DNA of 53,156 nucleotides from Microgenomates group bacterium Gr01-1014_7. GTDB lineage: Bacteria > Patescibacteriota > Microgenomatia > Daviesbacterales > UBA10151. Under the pieces are notes generated by a model. It had not been told where the DNA came from and ran no database searches. It worked only from the letters and a program-made list of their open reading frames with translations. This document shows, in pieces, positions 49,053-53,156 of the stretch. A program made the position numbers and the translations under genes. Each line of letters starts with the position of its first letter. The stretch's first letter is position 1. Where the stretch lies: assembly GCA_007376405.1 (NCBI GenBank), contig VMGD01000007.1:1-53156 (forward strand), written 5' to 3'.

Positions 49053-50530
49053 TCAGATCGAACAAGAGATTAAAGGTTTGAAGCTTAAAGCCGCAAGGCT
49101 AAATGTGGGTAAGGTAATTGAAGTGGGTGATGGCGTGGCAAAGATAGAAGGACTATCCGAAGTCCAGTACTCGGAACTTTTGGATTTTGGTCCTTCGACA
49201 AGCTCAGGACAAGTTCAAGGTTTGGCTCTAAATTTGGAACAATACAGTGTCGGAGCAGTTATTTTTGGAGATTTTATAAAGGTAAAAGAAGGCACAGAAG
49301 TTAGGACAACCGGGAAAGTCCTGGAAGTGCCGGTGGGTGAGGCACTAGTGGGCCGGGTGGTAGATGCTCTTGGTCAGCCTTTGGATGGCAAAGGCCCGAT
49401 TAAGACCGCTAAAAGATACCCTGTTGAGAAAATTGCGCCCGGTGTTATTACCAGGCAGTCAGTCAATACTCCTCTTCAAACAGGCATTAAGGCAATTGAT
49501 GCGCTGATCCCGATTGGCCGCGGGCAAAGGGAGCTTATTATTGGTGATAGAAACACCGGTAAAACAACAATTGCTGTGGATACTATTATTAATCAGCGCG
49601 ATGTCACATGTATCTACGTTGCCATCGGGCAAAAAACCTCCAAGATTGCTCAACTGGTGGCAAAGTTGGAAGAAGCGGATGCTATGGATCATACTATTAT
49701 AGTTACTGCCTCGGCTTCGGATTCGGCTACCATGCAATATCTGGCTCCCTACAGCGGTTGCGCCATGGGTGAGTTTTTTATGGACCTTGGGAAAGATGCT
49801 TTAATTATTTATGATGATTTAAGTAAACACGCCTGGGCTTATCGGCAGATGGCCCTTCTGCTTCGGCGTCCGTCAGGCCGTGAAGCTTATCCAGGTGATG
49901 TATTTTACCTTCATTCCCGGCTGCTGGAGCGGGCTGCCAGGATGAATAAAGAATACGGTAATGGGTCGTTAACTGCCCTGCCTATTATAGAGACTCAAGC
50001 CAATGATGTTTCGGCTTATATCCCGACCAATGTTATTTCCATCACCGATGGACAAATTTATTTGGAAACGGACCTCTTTTTTGCCGGGGTCAGGCCGGCC
50101 CTTAATGTGGGGATTTCCGTTTCCAGGGTTGGTGGAGCCGCCCAAACCAAGGCTATGAAACAAGTTTCAGGAAGATTAAAACTTGATTTGGCACAATTCA
50201 GGGAACTTCAGGCATTCGCTCAATTTGCATCGGATTTGGATCCTGAAACTCGCGCTCAAATTGAAAGAGGCCGGCGGATCACCGAAGTTTTAAAACAACC
50301 TCCCTACTCCCCTGTGGCACTTCCGGAACAGGTGGTGGCTCTTTGGGCAGTAACCAATGGCTACATGGATGAGGTTGAAGTGGATAAAGTTAAAGATTTT
50401 GAAACAAGATTTATTCAGCATTTAAAACTAAGAAACAAAAAGTTGCTTTCAGATATTGCTTCTAAAAAGGAATTGGATGAAAAGTTAACTAAAGGACTTG
50501 AAAAAGTAACTAAGGAGTTTGTAAAACTAT

Positions 50531-50544
<14 letters not shown>
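49036..50544 (+). CDS. atpA: ATP synthase F1 subunit alpha
   Basis: [43 protein letters not shown]. Confidence 0.97.
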
Positions 50545-52796
<2,252 letters not shown>

Positions 52797-52976
52797 TCAC
52801 TCTTCGATTAACTTCTGGAAGGTTTTTCCTCCTGCTCCGTCGGTCCAGTAATCTACCCAACTTCTCAGGTTAGTAAAATATCCACTCTTTGGATTCTCCC
52901 TTAGCAAGTTTAGAACGTGAGAACCCACAGTGTACTTTAATTGCTCTTGCTGCTCACTCCCTTCCAAAAACCACAT
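52797..52976 (-). other. Possible short ORF or 3' gene remnant convergent on atpD (59 aa from ATG 52976)
   Basis: Stop abuts the atpD stop. The frame stays open about 30 codons above the ATG before an in-frame TAA. No family recognised. Confidence 0.25.
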
Positions 52977-53156
52977 ACCTACTGATTCTATTGTAGAGAT
53001 GGTTTTCGGATTAGCTTCTCCCCTATCTTTTGAGTTATCGATACTCGCTAATGTATGTTTCCTGACTTAGGACACCTCAATTAAGCTAGGTTCAAATCAG
53101 CCATTTTTGGGACACTAAGGTTAATAGTTGGTGCGTATATAATTAGGGGGTGAGAA

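Overview
A 53 kb, AT-rich chromosomal window that reads like a Candidate Phyla Radiation genome. A Microgenomates-type host is inferred from gene content and style, not from a search. In order it carries: gyrA with a 447-aa LAGLIDADG intein right after the catalytic Tyr; a peptidoglycan cluster (ddl, alr, a MurL-MurD2 fusion, murC); gyrB; a short holB-like gene; a 14.5 kb type IV pilus locus (pilB, pilT, pilC, pilD, 11 pilin-like genes, pilMNO, no secretin); trmD-khpA-rpsP-rnc-acp-nusB-rpmF-recG; several large unknown proteins; a four-helix-bundle gene; an archaeal-type tyrS; an ABC exporter; a probable toxin-antitoxin pair; and atpBEFHAGD. Four patterns are not explained by the gene list. (1) Next to tyrS, cargo genes are separated by short diverged copies of the ends of neighbouring genes, joined at microhomologies. 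(2) Short 7- and 9-nt tandem arrays sit in frame inside housekeeping genes and, in inverted orientation, flank the four-helix-bundle gene. (3) Small palindromic elements are inserted in frame in atpA, recG, atpG and two prepilin leader peptides. (4) Many genes have a -10 box only 6-8 nt before the ATG, suggesting leaderless mRNAs. The acyl carrier protein homolog also lacks its phosphopantetheine serine. No rRNA, tRNA or CRISPR array was recognised.
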